Shown piece by piece: positions 36,104 to 44,586 of a stretch of 56,573 bases of DNA. Origin of the DNA: Candidatus Gottesmanbacteria bacterium RIFCSPHIGHO2_02_FULL_39_11 (GTDB lineage Bacteria; Patescibacteriota; Microgenomatia; 2-02-FULL-39-11); assembly GCA_001779195.1 (NCBI GenBank), contig MFJL01000022.1, positions 1-56,573 on the forward strand. The letters are read 5' to 3'. Numbering within the stretch: position 1 is the stretch's first letter; the number at the start of each line of letters is the position of its first letter. A program made the position numbers and the translations under genes. The notes beneath the pieces are model-generated. The model had not been told where the DNA came from. It was given only the letters and a program-made list of their open reading frames with translations, and searched no databases.

Positions 36104-36528
36104 TTAGAGCGGTGTTAGATACCAATGTTTTAATTAGTGCACTTATTACAAAAAGACCATCTGCTCCGCTTGAGCTTTACAAAGCTTTTACCGCACAGCG
36201 TTTTCTTCTTATAACCTCCCCACCAATTCTTGAGGAGGTTGAAGATGTTCTTAATAGAGAAAAAATTGTGAAATACCACAAACTTACTCTGAAACAACGG
36301 AAAGCTATTATGGAACACCTGGTTATGCTCAGTTATGTGGCGTTGGAGTCAACAACTAATAAAGAAATCATTATTCAAAAAGATCCAAAAGATGATAAAT
36401 TTCTTTATGCAGCAAGAGAAACTCGTGCAGATTATATCGTGAGCGGTGATCATCATTTATTGGATTTGAAAGAATATGAAGATATTAAAATATATACGCC
36501 AAATGATTTTTTGGCAATTTTAGATTGA
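36100..36528 (+). CDS. PIN-domain toxin
   Basis: AVLDTNVLISALI at the N-terminus, acidic residues in ..EEVEDV.. and ..SGDHHLLDL.. . There is a 4-nt start/stop overlap with the antitoxin. Confidence 0.75.
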   Translation: MIRAVLDTNVLISALITKRPSAPLELYKAFTAQRFLLITSPPILEEVEDVLNREKIVKYHKLTLKQRKAIMEHLVMLSYVALESTTNKEIIIQKDPKDDKFLYAARETRADYIVSGDHHLLDLKEYEDIKIYTPNDFLAILD

Positions 36529-36542
36529 GTTACGGACATACC

Positions 36543-36614
36543 TTCCGCGATGAAATCAGGTTCATTTTAGCCTGGAAAACCAATCTTGACAAAACTATAG
36601 AGTAATGATACATC
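36543..36614 (+). repeat. Junction element copy 3, with -35 box
   Basis: ttccgcgatgaaatcaggttcattttagcctggaaaaccaatcTTGACAaaactatag. TTGACA is at 36586-91, and the -10 candidate is weak (tacatc). Confidence 0.75.
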
Positions 36615-36624
36615 CTATCCGTAT

Positions 36625-38313
36625 ATGCCAGGAACTCCGGATCAGAAGGAAATAGCTCAAGGTAAACCAGTAGAAAATACTAATAGCTATAAAGCAAGGG
36701 AACATTCCCGCAGAGCAGTATTAAGAGCTACTCTGTTCGGAGGACTGGGTACTCTTACATCAGGAGTACTGGGTGCCTGTTCTAGAAGTCCTGAAGTAAC
36801 TTCTCAACCTCAACCTGCAACTGCTCCGTCTACAGGAACACCAGAGGCAACCCTATTTCAAAATCCTAGAGGTACAGCAACAATCGTCTCTAGACCGAAG
36901 ATTGCCACTATTATACCTACTGCAACGTTGAATCCTCCGGAAGCTCTAACTCCTACCCCAGAATATGTACAAGGATTGACACATCTTCAGGAAGTTCCAA
37001 AACCTAATGAAGCTCTAAAAAAAACAACTATTGATATGTACGCAAAAACAATGGAAATTGATGCAAAGGAAGTAGAAGTAGGAATAAGCTTTAGTGAACT
37101 CAAAGATGAAAATGGCGATTATTTTGTTACAGCAGTTACACTAGACGAAACACCACTTTTAATTTATCATCCCATGAAAAACACATGGGTAGAGGCAGGA
37201 CCTAGAAATCTCGCTGATTTGCAAAACTTTACCATCCAAGTTCCAAGCAGAGTCGATTATTTGTCTTTACGTAATGTTCCTAATATTGAAAAAACTGCGA
37301 ATCAATTATTCAGCGCAAGCGAATTAAACACAAGTGTTGTATTTAGAAATTTTGAGACAGGCGACTGGAGGAAAATTATCGACACCTGGACTACCATCAA
37401 ATCAGATCTAGATCAAGGTATTATTCCTGAGGGATTTAATTTTAATTGGAACGATGCAAACAAATTTGTAGATTTCGCTACATCCCATCAAATGAAAGTT
37501 AGAGCATTACATTTACTCTGGGGTGGAGATGTTCCAGACTCCATTTACAACGGAGATTTTAGTCCGAAAGATGTTGAGAAAATTGTAGAATTTACCGTAA
37601 AAGCTAGAGTTTTAAGATATAACGGTACAGTTGATGGACGTACAATCAGTGAATGGCATGCTGCTGATGAAATTGCAGCCACTCATTTATATCATCATAA
37701 TGATAAATGGTCATTCTGGTTGGAAAAATTAGGATACCCTCAAGCAACAATTAAAGTTGCGAAGTGGGCAAAAGAAGCCAATCCTAACGCATCTTTAGTA
37801 ATTGCTGAAGATAGTATATTGCATTTACGACAAGACCGAGCCAATTGGAAAAGTAATTTTTTCAATTTACTGAAATTTATAAAAGACCGTGAGGTACCCA
37901 TAACTAAAGTTGATGTAGAAAATAATTTATGGATTTATGATCCTCCAAAGCTCGACGAAATGATATCTATCTTACGGAGAATTCAGGCAATGGGATTTGA
38001 AATCGGCGGATCTGAAGCGACAGTAGCAACTTCTGATACTTCGCCAGATTGGGTTTATCAGGATAAGATGAGGGATGTTAAGGATAAAACAATTGCACAA
38101 GCTGATGTTTATGGCGATATTTTAAGCGCATATCTTGCGGTTGGGGCAAAGGAGTGGGGTTTTGGCAGTCCCTCAGATCGAACAGAATATTTTGACGATA
38201 TTGGTTATCCTGATGCAAACTCAACAATATTTGATGATCAAGAATTGCCTAAAAAATCGTATTACAGAATTCTGAAAGTACTGTACCAAAACTTAAAAAG
38301 CTCCCAAGGATAA
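36625..38313 (+). CDS. Tat-signal lipoprotein with a glycoside-hydrolase-like (clan GH-A/GH10-like) C-terminal domain
   Basis: Twin-arginine signal SRRAVLRATLFGGLGTLTSGVLGAC with a lipobox Cys, then a Pro/Thr-rich linker. The strand-end pattern (VRALHLLWGG, SEWHAADE, VIAEDS, VDVENNLW, GFEIGGSEATV) is reminiscent of (beta/alpha)8 glycosidases. Family assignment is tentative. Confidence 0.4.
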   Translation: MPGTPDQKEIAQGKPVENTNSYKAREHSRRAVLRATLFGGLGTLTSGVLGACSRSPEVTSQPQPATAPSTGTPEATLFQNPRGTATIVSRPKIATIIPTATLNPPEALTPTPEYVQGLTHLQEVPKPNEALKKTTIDMYAKTMEIDAKEVEVGISFSELKDENGDYFVTAVTLDETPLLIYHPMKNTWVEAGPRNLADLQNFTIQVPSRVDYLSLRNVPNIEKTANQLFSASELNTSVVFRNFETGDWRKIIDTWTTIKSDLDQGIIPEGFNFNWNDANKFVDFATSHQMKVRALHLLWGGDVPDSIYNGDFSPKDVEKIVEFTVKARVLRYNGTVDGRTISEWHAADEIAATHLYHHNDKWSFWLEKLGYPQATIKVAKWAKEANPNASLVIAEDSILHLRQDRANWKSNFFNLLKFIKDREVPITKVDVENNLWIYDPPKLDEMISILRRIQAMGFEIGGSEATVATSDTSPDWVYQDKMRDVKDKTIAQADVYGDILSAYLAVGAKEWGFGSPSDRTEYFDDIGYPDANSTIFDDQELPKKSYYRILKVLYQNLKSSQG

Positions 38314-38468
38314 AAGCTTCCCTTGCTCACCCCTATTTAAATTTTGTTTATAATGGCACTATGCGATCTGTTATTTTGTCATTACTTGTCTTAATCCAAC
38401 TATCAGTTATTGTATTTCTCGGCATGCATATATATAGAATATAGAAAAGTACATAAGAATAATTTTAA

Positions 38469-38507
38469 TACTAGTACTAGATACTAAGTACTAGTACTAG
38501 GGGTACT
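38469..38507. repeat. Tandem tactag units containing two copies of the 10-bp palindrome ctagtactag
   Basis: ctagtactag at 38471-80 and 38491-500, immediately outside the left inverted repeat of the RayT-like gene. Confidence 0.8.
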
Positions 38508-39238
38508 AGGGGACGGTTCTCAAAGCTCAAATAGCCTCATGATTGATAGAAATAATTAAATATGATATCTTATCTTCCTGTATTCGTTATATCTTTGTTC
38601 TTTTGATCCCCATATCTTTTTCTTGTAGGTATTCCGAACAAGTTCATCAATGATTATCTCCTTATATATCATTTGCCTTTCCTTTCCGGTATTTCCCAAT
38701 TCCTGATAAAACATATCCCCGGTAATCAGTGGATCAGTTTTTCCTTCGGAATAAAACGTATAGCTTGAGTAGGTATAGTCTTTGGGATGTCTCACAATAG
38801 CTGCTCTCACGGGATTCAGTTCAATGTACTTTCCACATTGAATAAAATAGTTATCTTTTCCAATCGGCTGGCTTTTAAACCTGTCTTGCCAGAAATGTCC
38901 CACCCACCCATACTTTTTTTTGTAGTAGTAAAAATAGATGAGGTTTATCTTTTTCATAAACGATGAAAAGTCGCTTTCCTTGTTTGTTTTTATTAATAAA
39001 TAGACATGATTTGGCATGAGGCAATAATGGTACAGATCAAACGGGTGTATCTCTTTGAGGTCTCTTACTATTTTGAGGTATTTATCATAATCATCATTCT
39101 GTCTGAAGATTGTATTTAGATTATTTCCCCGAGTCATCACATGATAGAAGGACAAAGGAAGGAGAAGTCGGGGAGATCTTGGCATGATTGAAAAGTAATA
39201 TATCCGTCTATATCGTATTCATTTCAGAACCGTCCCCT
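38508..39238 (-). mobile_element. REPtron-like unit: Y1 transposase gene flanked by 13-bp perfect inverted repeats
   Basis: aggggacggttct (38508-20) and agaaccgtcccct (39226-38) bracket the gene 38556..39185. Confidence 0.6.
38556..39185 (-). CDS. IS200/RayT-like HUH (Y1) tyrosine transposase homologue
   Basis: Motifs FYHVMTRGNN, CLMPNHVYLLI (the HUH position reads H-V-Y), WQDRF and GKYIELNPVRAAIV (catalytic Tyr context). Confidence 0.75.
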   Translation of the reverse strand: MPRSPRLLLPLSFYHVMTRGNNLNTIFRQNDDYDKYLKIVRDLKEIHPFDLYHYCLMPNHVYLLIKTNKESDFSSFMKKINLIYFYYYKKKYGWVGHFWQDRFKSQPIGKDNYFIQCGKYIELNPVRAAIVRHPKDYTYSSYTFYSEGKTDPLITGDMFYQELGNTGKERQMIYKEIIIDELVRNTYKKKIWGSKEQRYNEYRKIRYHI

Positions 39239-39330
39239 ATGTCTTATTAATGACAAAGCATAGTAATAAAATATTGGGTTTGCTAACCTCCAGTGTAATT
39301 GGAGCTTTAGCCTATCCGTGTCAAATATAC

Positions 39331-39359
39331 TTGACACGAATGGTGTATTATTGTAGAAT
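39331..39359 (+). promoter_or_regulatory. Sigma70-like promoter (TTGACA-17 nt-TAGAAT) overlapped by an 8-bp-stem palindrome
   Basis: TTGACA at 39331-36 and TAGAAT at 39354-59, with the ATG 9 nt downstream and no SD sequence. The hairpin cgtgtcaa-atatac-ttgacacg (39317-38) covers the -35 box. Confidence 0.5.
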
Positions 39360-39368
39360 ACAATTTAT

Positions 39369-40748
39369 ATGGAAACATCTGAGATAGAATTACTTATAAA
39401 AAAGTGGAATCCTCACTTTGAAGATCCAACCAAGGGTGAATGGGTAGGCAAAATACCCCGTGAGAAGTACATGCAGCGCCTTTGGAAAGTCATGGATATA
39501 CGCCACATAGTGATACTTACGGGTGTTCGAAGGTCTGGAAAGTCTACCCTCATGCGTCAGCTGATGGGAAGATTAATACGGGAAGGTACAAAACCCACAA
39601 ACGTATTGTATTTATATTTTGAAGATCTTTTGGTACAAAAATATCTCTCCCAGGGCTCTGATCTTTTGGAGCAGTTTTACTCATTTTATATGGAAAAATA
39701 TAACCCTCAAGGGAAAGTGTATTTATTCCTGGATGAACTGCAGGGGATAAAAGACTTTAACCACTGGCTGCACACACATTATGAGTTTAATAAAAATATA
39801 AAATTTGTTGTGTCAGGTTCGCGAAGATCTCTTATAGACTCAGAAACGGCTACCCTTCTTACTGGCAGGAATGTCCAATTTGATATATATCCTTTCAACT
39901 TTTATGAGTATCTATTAGTTCATAATGTAGAAGTCAAAGGCAGCAACACCATAGAGAATATACGCGATGCTAATTTTAGCCAAACCACGAGCATACTGCA
40001 CCACTTAGGCAATTTCTTATACGAAGGAGGCTATCCGGAGATAGTGTTGGCAATAAATCAGGAAAGTAAAAGTGCCATAGCTAATGGTTATTATCGCGAC
40101 ACCCTTGCTAGAGATGTCATAAATCCCAACAATATACGCAATCCCAGAGAAATAGAAGTGTTAGGACTGCAAGTGCTTGCAGACTTTACTAAAACTCATA
40201 CTTATCGGAGCCTAGGGCAACCACAAGGACTCTCGGTAGATACAGTCAAAACATACTTAGAGTATTTTTATAAATCTTACCTTTTGTTTGAGAGTCGGCA
40301 TTTTTCTTACAAAACTAAAGAAACCCATGATGTACGCCGTCCCATAAAGTTGTACGTAGTAGATAATGGTCTAAGAAACTTTAATACATTAAACCTTCGT
40401 CCGGATTTAGGTCAGTGTGCCGAAAATATGGTCTATATGGAGCTTGCGAAAAATAATGCAGTTATACATTATTGGAAAAAAGAAAAAGAAATTGATTTTG
40501 TCGTATTTAATCCCAATCTTTCACTAGTTAATGTTTCGTATACAGATCAAGTACACGAACGAGAAGTCAAAAGTATAGTTGAGAGCTTGCGGGAGTTTAA
40601 TCTTAAAAAAGGAACAATTCTGACAAAAAACTACTTTGAAACAAAAGAAATTGAAGGAAAAATAGTTGAATTTATACCTCTCTGGGCTTGGCTTATTTTA
40701 AATGGAAGAGTCTTCTTCAAAGAAACAAACATACTTAGAGAAGCCTAA
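39369..40748 (+). CDS. AAA-family ATPase (AAA_14 / DUF4143 type)
   Basis: Walker A GVRRSGKST and Walker B LFLDELQ. The C-terminal part has the restriction-endonuclease-like tail typical of DUF4143 proteins (EIDFVV). Confidence 0.7.
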   Translation: METSEIELLIKKWNPHFEDPTKGEWVGKIPREKYMQRLWKVMDIRHIVILTGVRRSGKSTLMRQLMGRLIREGTKPTNVLYLYFEDLLVQKYLSQGSDLLEQFYSFYMEKYNPQGKVYLFLDELQGIKDFNHWLHTHYEFNKNIKFVVSGSRRSLIDSETATLLTGRNVQFDIYPFNFYEYLLVHNVEVKGSNTIENIRDANFSQTTSILHHLGNFLYEGGYPEIVLAINQESKSAIANGYYRDTLARDVINPNNIRNPREIEVLGLQVLADFTKTHTYRSLGQPQGLSVDTVKTYLEYFYKSYLLFESRHFSYKTKETHDVRRPIKLYVVDNGLRNFNTLNLRPDLGQCAENMVYMELAKNNAVIHYWKKEKEIDFVVFNPNLSLVNVSYTDQVHEREVKSIVESLREFNLKKGTILTKNYFETKEIEGKIVEFIPLWAWLILNGRVFFKETNILREA

Positions 40749-40756
40749 GTTCGATA

Positions 40757-40874
40757 TCTGCCAATCTCCCCTACCAATCAACAATTGAACTCAGAACAAA
40801 CACTCCGTGATGAAATTACACTCATTTTTGCCTGGAAAACCTATCTTGACAAAACTATAGGCTAGTGGTATAAC
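40757..40874 (+). repeat. Junction element copy 4, including a relic pseudopilin 3' end and a strong promoter
   Basis: 40757-40810 reads S-A-N-L-P-Y-Q-S-T-I-E-L-R-T-N-T-P-stop with no gene attached. Then comes ccgtgatgaaattacactcatttttgcctggaaaacc, then TTGACA (40846-51), 17 nt, TATAAC (40869-74). Confidence 0.8.
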
Positions 40875-40959
40875 TATGGCGCATATGAAAACGAATTTCA
40901 GCTTTTATTCCATTCCTGACGCTCTGTTTTTTATACTATTTACAAACGTTTCGTATACC

Positions 40960-40990
40960 AAATCCCGCATAAAGCGGGATTTTTCTTTTT
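40960..40990 (+). terminator. Intrinsic-terminator-like hairpin abutting the start codon of the next gene
   Basis: aaatcccgc-ataaa-gcgggattt (9-bp stem) followed by ttcttttt. The ATG of the 845-aa ORF is the next base. Confidence 0.6.
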
Positions 40991-43528
40991 ATGTCTAATC
41001 CGAATGAACAATTACACCAAGATCAGGGAAATGATATAGGATTTGATGGAAACAGACAGTCTCTGGAATTCGAAAAATGGATAGCAGGTGAAGGTCTTAA
41101 AAAAAATATTCCTCTTACTCTTATCAAAGTAAATTATTCACCCGGCAGCTTAAATAGATTATCATCCAGGAGAGATTTGCTTGCGCCATTTACGGTATTT
41201 GCAGGTGTAGTAGGCTCTGCTTTAAATGATGCGCCAACGCGGATTCCGAAAAACTCAGACTCATCAACACCAAGAAAAGTAACGAGTAGACGGAGTTTTT
41301 TAAAAGCTTCTGGATTGACTGCAGTTGCTGCTGGATTAGTTTCTTGTATGCCTAGTTCCAGTCCGCAACCGGTTAATAAAGAAGTTCAACCTAAACTAGT
41401 ACCCCCTACTCCACAAGTTGTTCCTGAAAAAGATCTGTTAGCATCTTTAACATCAGACTCAACATTTGTTGATGCACAGACATGGGGAAGAAATAACTTT
41501 ATACCTCAAATGGAAGCTCTGGCAATACAATTTCCTCCTGACACTGTACAAAATATGAAAATGAATATTTTTCAAGCACAAGGCGAGGATAATAAACCAG
41601 TAGGTTATATCTTTGAAGTTGTAGATGAGAAAAATAAAAAACATGTCTATTCTGGTGCTGATACTGATGGTAGTGGAGGAGTGTATATTACTATTTCTGA
41701 CGAACTTATAATAGAAAAAGATAGGAAGACTGGACTTAATAGAATAATTCCCATTAATCAAAAACAGGATCGTTATGTATATAGGTACTCTACTCCTGAT
41801 AGGGGTGATTACTTAGATCCAAGAATTGGTATGATGGTTGGTATTGGAATTGGTGTGACTGATAGTACTCAACTGAATAAAGGAAATGAGTTTCTAACAA
41901 AAATATCTCCTCTGCTGAGTAATTTTGTAAAAGATCAAGTATTAAATCAAAAGCAGGATCAAGCTGAATTTAGTTTTAAAGTAAACCAATCAAATGGAAA
42001 ATTTTATGGGACTTTTGAAGAAATAAATAACGAAAAAGAAACATCAATTTATGTAGTGTCTGAGAGTGCAGAGATTCATAAGCTGGATCAAGTTTCAGGC
42101 TACACGTACTCTTTAGATGAAATAACAGGCGAGATACTCCTGTATAAAGATGGAGAAAAGGCTGGACGAGTAAAAACCGTAAATTCAAAAGGCCAGGTTC
42201 TACAAATTGAAACGACACCGGACGCAACAGCTACAGCAGAACCAACCAATGTGCCAAAACCAACAGGTACACCAACATCAGTTGATACACCAATAGTAGT
42301 AGTTACACAGGGTGCGACAGCTGCAGCACAGCTAACAAGTATACCAACATCAGCTGATACAGCAACAGCAAATGCTGTAGCAACACAGGCTGCTACGTCT
42401 ACTCCGCAGCCAACTAATTCTGTAGCGAAGGTTGAAATTACCATTACAGCTAATGGACCTATTGCAACTTTAAGGCCTCCTACTGAAACACCCGATCCTA
42501 AAAAGGAAATTTTAACTCCTGATTCACCTCTTAAAGAACTACTACATAAAATAGGGATTCCCCAAGTAGGAGTTGCTTCTAATTTTTATGGAGATACAGA
42601 TGCAATTCATATCCTAAAAATGAATACAATTGCGCAAGAAGAAGACTTCTTTTATCCTTTCGGAGTTTTTTATTTGGAAAATACGCAAAAAAATTCACCA
42701 TGGATAGCTCAGGAAGATCAAAGCATCGCTGATTATGCGGTGTCACAGGCGCAAGCAAAGGGGTTAAAACTCTTCTTAGAGCCAGTTACATGGAATGAAG
42801 CCGCAATGAAGAAGTTTGAAACAGGCGCCGCTTGGTTAAATGATTCTATGTCAGCAGAAGACACAATTAAATCTGTCGAGGAAAGAGGAGCATATTTAGC
42901 AAAGAGGTATGCTGACAAAGGCTTAGATACTATAAGTGTTGCGGTTGAGCCGTACGAGTCCAGAGATGGAGTAAATTGGAAGATAGATAATAGGTGGGAT
43001 AAAGCGTATAAAAAAGTGGAGAAGCCATATGATTATATAGAAGGAATAGCACGAGCGATCCGGGAAGTAAATACGAATGTCCATATTTTAGGTATAAACC
43101 CATATGGCGCATTAGCTGGCGAAACAGTAGCAGATCTTGTATATGAAAAGTATAAACAGTACAAGGAACACAGAGCACCCATTGATACTGTAGGATTTCA
43201 GGGAGATATTAAAGCGAAAGACCTTCCTCTAAATATTTCAGCTATTCGAAAAAATATCCAGCGTTTTCAAGACTTAGGTTTCAGAGTCGATGTAAACTCT
43301 ATCAGAATTACCGGTACAAATGATGCTAAAGTATTGGCTAAAGCCTATTATGATCTTTCTGTCTTATGCGGAGAGATGGGCTGTCCGTTTTCTGTATGGG
43401 GTATCGTCCCTAAAGATGTAAATAACTTTGGAGGATATCCTATATTCTATGATGAGAATGTTGAGCAAACAGATCTCCTAATTGAATTCAAAAAACTTCT
43501 GGCAGGCAAAATTAACGGCACGGCATGA
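40991..43528 (+). CDS. Large exported protein with tandem Tat-like signals and a C-terminal domain distantly paralogous to 36625..38313
   Basis: RR motifs at residues 60-61 (SSRRDLLAPFTVFAGVVGSAL) and 100-101 (SRRSFLKASGLTAVAAGLVSC, with lipobox). A Thr/Ala/Pro-rich linker follows. The C-terminal strand-end pattern is LFLEPVTWNEA, VAVEPYES, GINPYG, VGFQGDI, GFRVDVNS. The start is uncertain. Confidence 0.45.
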   Translation: MSNPNEQLHQDQGNDIGFDGNRQSLEFEKWIAGEGLKKNIPLTLIKVNYSPGSLNRLSSRRDLLAPFTVFAGVVGSALNDAPTRIPKNSDSSTPRKVTSRRSFLKASGLTAVAAGLVSCMPSSSPQPVNKEVQPKLVPPTPQVVPEKDLLASLTSDSTFVDAQTWGRNNFIPQMEALAIQFPPDTVQNMKMNIFQAQGEDNKPVGYIFEVVDEKNKKHVYSGADTDGSGGVYITISDELIIEKDRKTGLNRIIPINQKQDRYVYRYSTPDRGDYLDPRIGMMVGIGIGVTDSTQLNKGNEFLTKISPLLSNFVKDQVLNQKQDQAEFSFKVNQSNGKFYGTFEEINNEKETSIYVVSESAEIHKLDQVSGYTYSLDEITGEILLYKDGEKAGRVKTVNSKGQVLQIETTPDATATAEPTNVPKPTGTPTSVDTPIVVVTQGATAAAQLTSIPTSADTATANAVATQAATSTPQPTNSVAKVEITITANGPIATLRPPTETPDPKKEILTPDSPLKELLHKIGIPQVGVASNFYGDTDAIHILKMNTIAQEEDFFYPFGVFYLENTQKNSPWIAQEDQSIADYAVSQAQAKGLKLFLEPVTWNEAAMKKFETGAAWLNDSMSAEDTIKSVEERGAYLAKRYADKGLDTISVAVEPYESRDGVNWKIDNRWDKAYKKVEKPYDYIEGIARAIREVNTNVHILGINPYGALAGETVADLVYEKYKQYKEHRAPIDTVGFQGDIKAKDLPLNISAIRKNIQRFQDLGFRVDVNSIRITGTNDAKVLAKAYYDLSVLCGEMGCPFSVWGIVPKDVNNFGGYPIFYDENVEQTDLLIEFKKLLAGKINGTA

Positions 43529-43587
43529 AGGTATAGATGACCAAGGTAGGAAATGATAGGATAAGATTATCCTTTCTCTAGGATTGA

Positions 43588-44586
43588 ATGAAATATTCCT
43601 CCTTCTTCCAAAAATTACTTTTTCCTTTTATCATAATGCAGCTTATTGTGGTAGTTTTTTTGGGATATAAAATCCTTCATAAAAAAAACAACGTCTTAGG
43701 TTCTTCCATAAAAGTAAATACCATTAACCGAAATGAGATCGTATATACTCCTGACCAAAAGTTACGGTATTTTTTTGAGCCTGTTCCAAAAAGCACTCAA
43801 ACTGATAAAAGAAACTGGATGGAGAAGGAGGTAAAATACACTATAAACCAGGCAGGGTTTAATGACCGGTTCGACTATCCTATTGTTAAACCCCCAAAAA
43901 CAATAAGAATTATGACTCTCGGTGACTCTTTTACCTTTGGAGTATATGTAAATACGGAAGATAATTGGACAGAGCTTCTCGAAGATAAACTTAACTCTAT
44001 AAAGAATATTTGTCCGAATACTGATCACTTTGAAGTAATAAATTTAGGAGTTGGAGGATATGATATTGAATATGCTGCAAAACGATATATAAACCGTGGC
44101 AAAGTATATAATCCTAACATCATTTTATGGTTTTTAAAATATGATGATATTAATGCCATAAATGAGTGGTTTTTTCCTCTTGAGAGAAAAATTAGCGAAG
44201 AAATGAAACTAGATCGTTCATCTGAAGAGTATGTCGTATCTAAAGATGGAGTTCCCTATCCTTCTTGGGTAAAGGGATTTGAGGAGTTTCATAAAAAGTA
44301 TGGTATGAATTCGATACTTTCCTATGAAAAAAATGTATTAAACAAATTTAATGAAAATTATCAAGGCAACTTAGCTATATTTACTTCTGATAATAGTGAT
44401 TCAGAGACTAAAAACGAAATTAAAAGCTTTTCTAGACTTTCTCCTAATGGTCATTATTTTGAGATCCCAGGCCTCTCCTCGGATGAAACATTTCCAGATA
44501 ATCATCCTAATCAGAAGGGACATAAGGTTATTTCAGATGCAATTTTAAACTATATGGTCAAAAATCCTGATATCTTTTGTCACTGA
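43588..44586 (+). CDS. SGNH/GDSL-family hydrolase, membrane-anchored
   Basis: N-terminal TM helix, block I IMTLGDSFTFG, block II NLGVGGY, and a C-terminal DNHPNQKGH (DxxH-like). Confidence 0.65.
   Translation: MKYSSFFQKLLFPFIIMQLIVVVFLGYKILHKKNNVLGSSIKVNTINRNEIVYTPDQKLRYFFEPVPKSTQTDKRNWMEKEVKYTINQAGFNDRFDYPIVKPPKTIRIMTLGDSFTFGVYVNTEDNWTELLEDKLNSIKNICPNTDHFEVINLGVGGYDIEYAAKRYINRGKVYNPNIILWFLKYDDINAINEWFFPLERKISEEMKLDRSSEEYVVSKDGVPYPSWVKGFEEFHKKYGMNSILSYEKNVLNKFNENYQGNLAIFTSDNSDSETKNEIKSFSRLSPNGHYFEIPGLSSDETFPDNHPNQKGHKVISDAILNYMVKNPDIFCH

Noticed and set aside
41459-42444. Minus-strand ORFs of 100, 83 and 114 aa inside the 845-aa gene
   Set aside because: They are antisense to a long continuous ORF. 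The 114-aa one is the mirror of the Thr/Ala/Pro linker.
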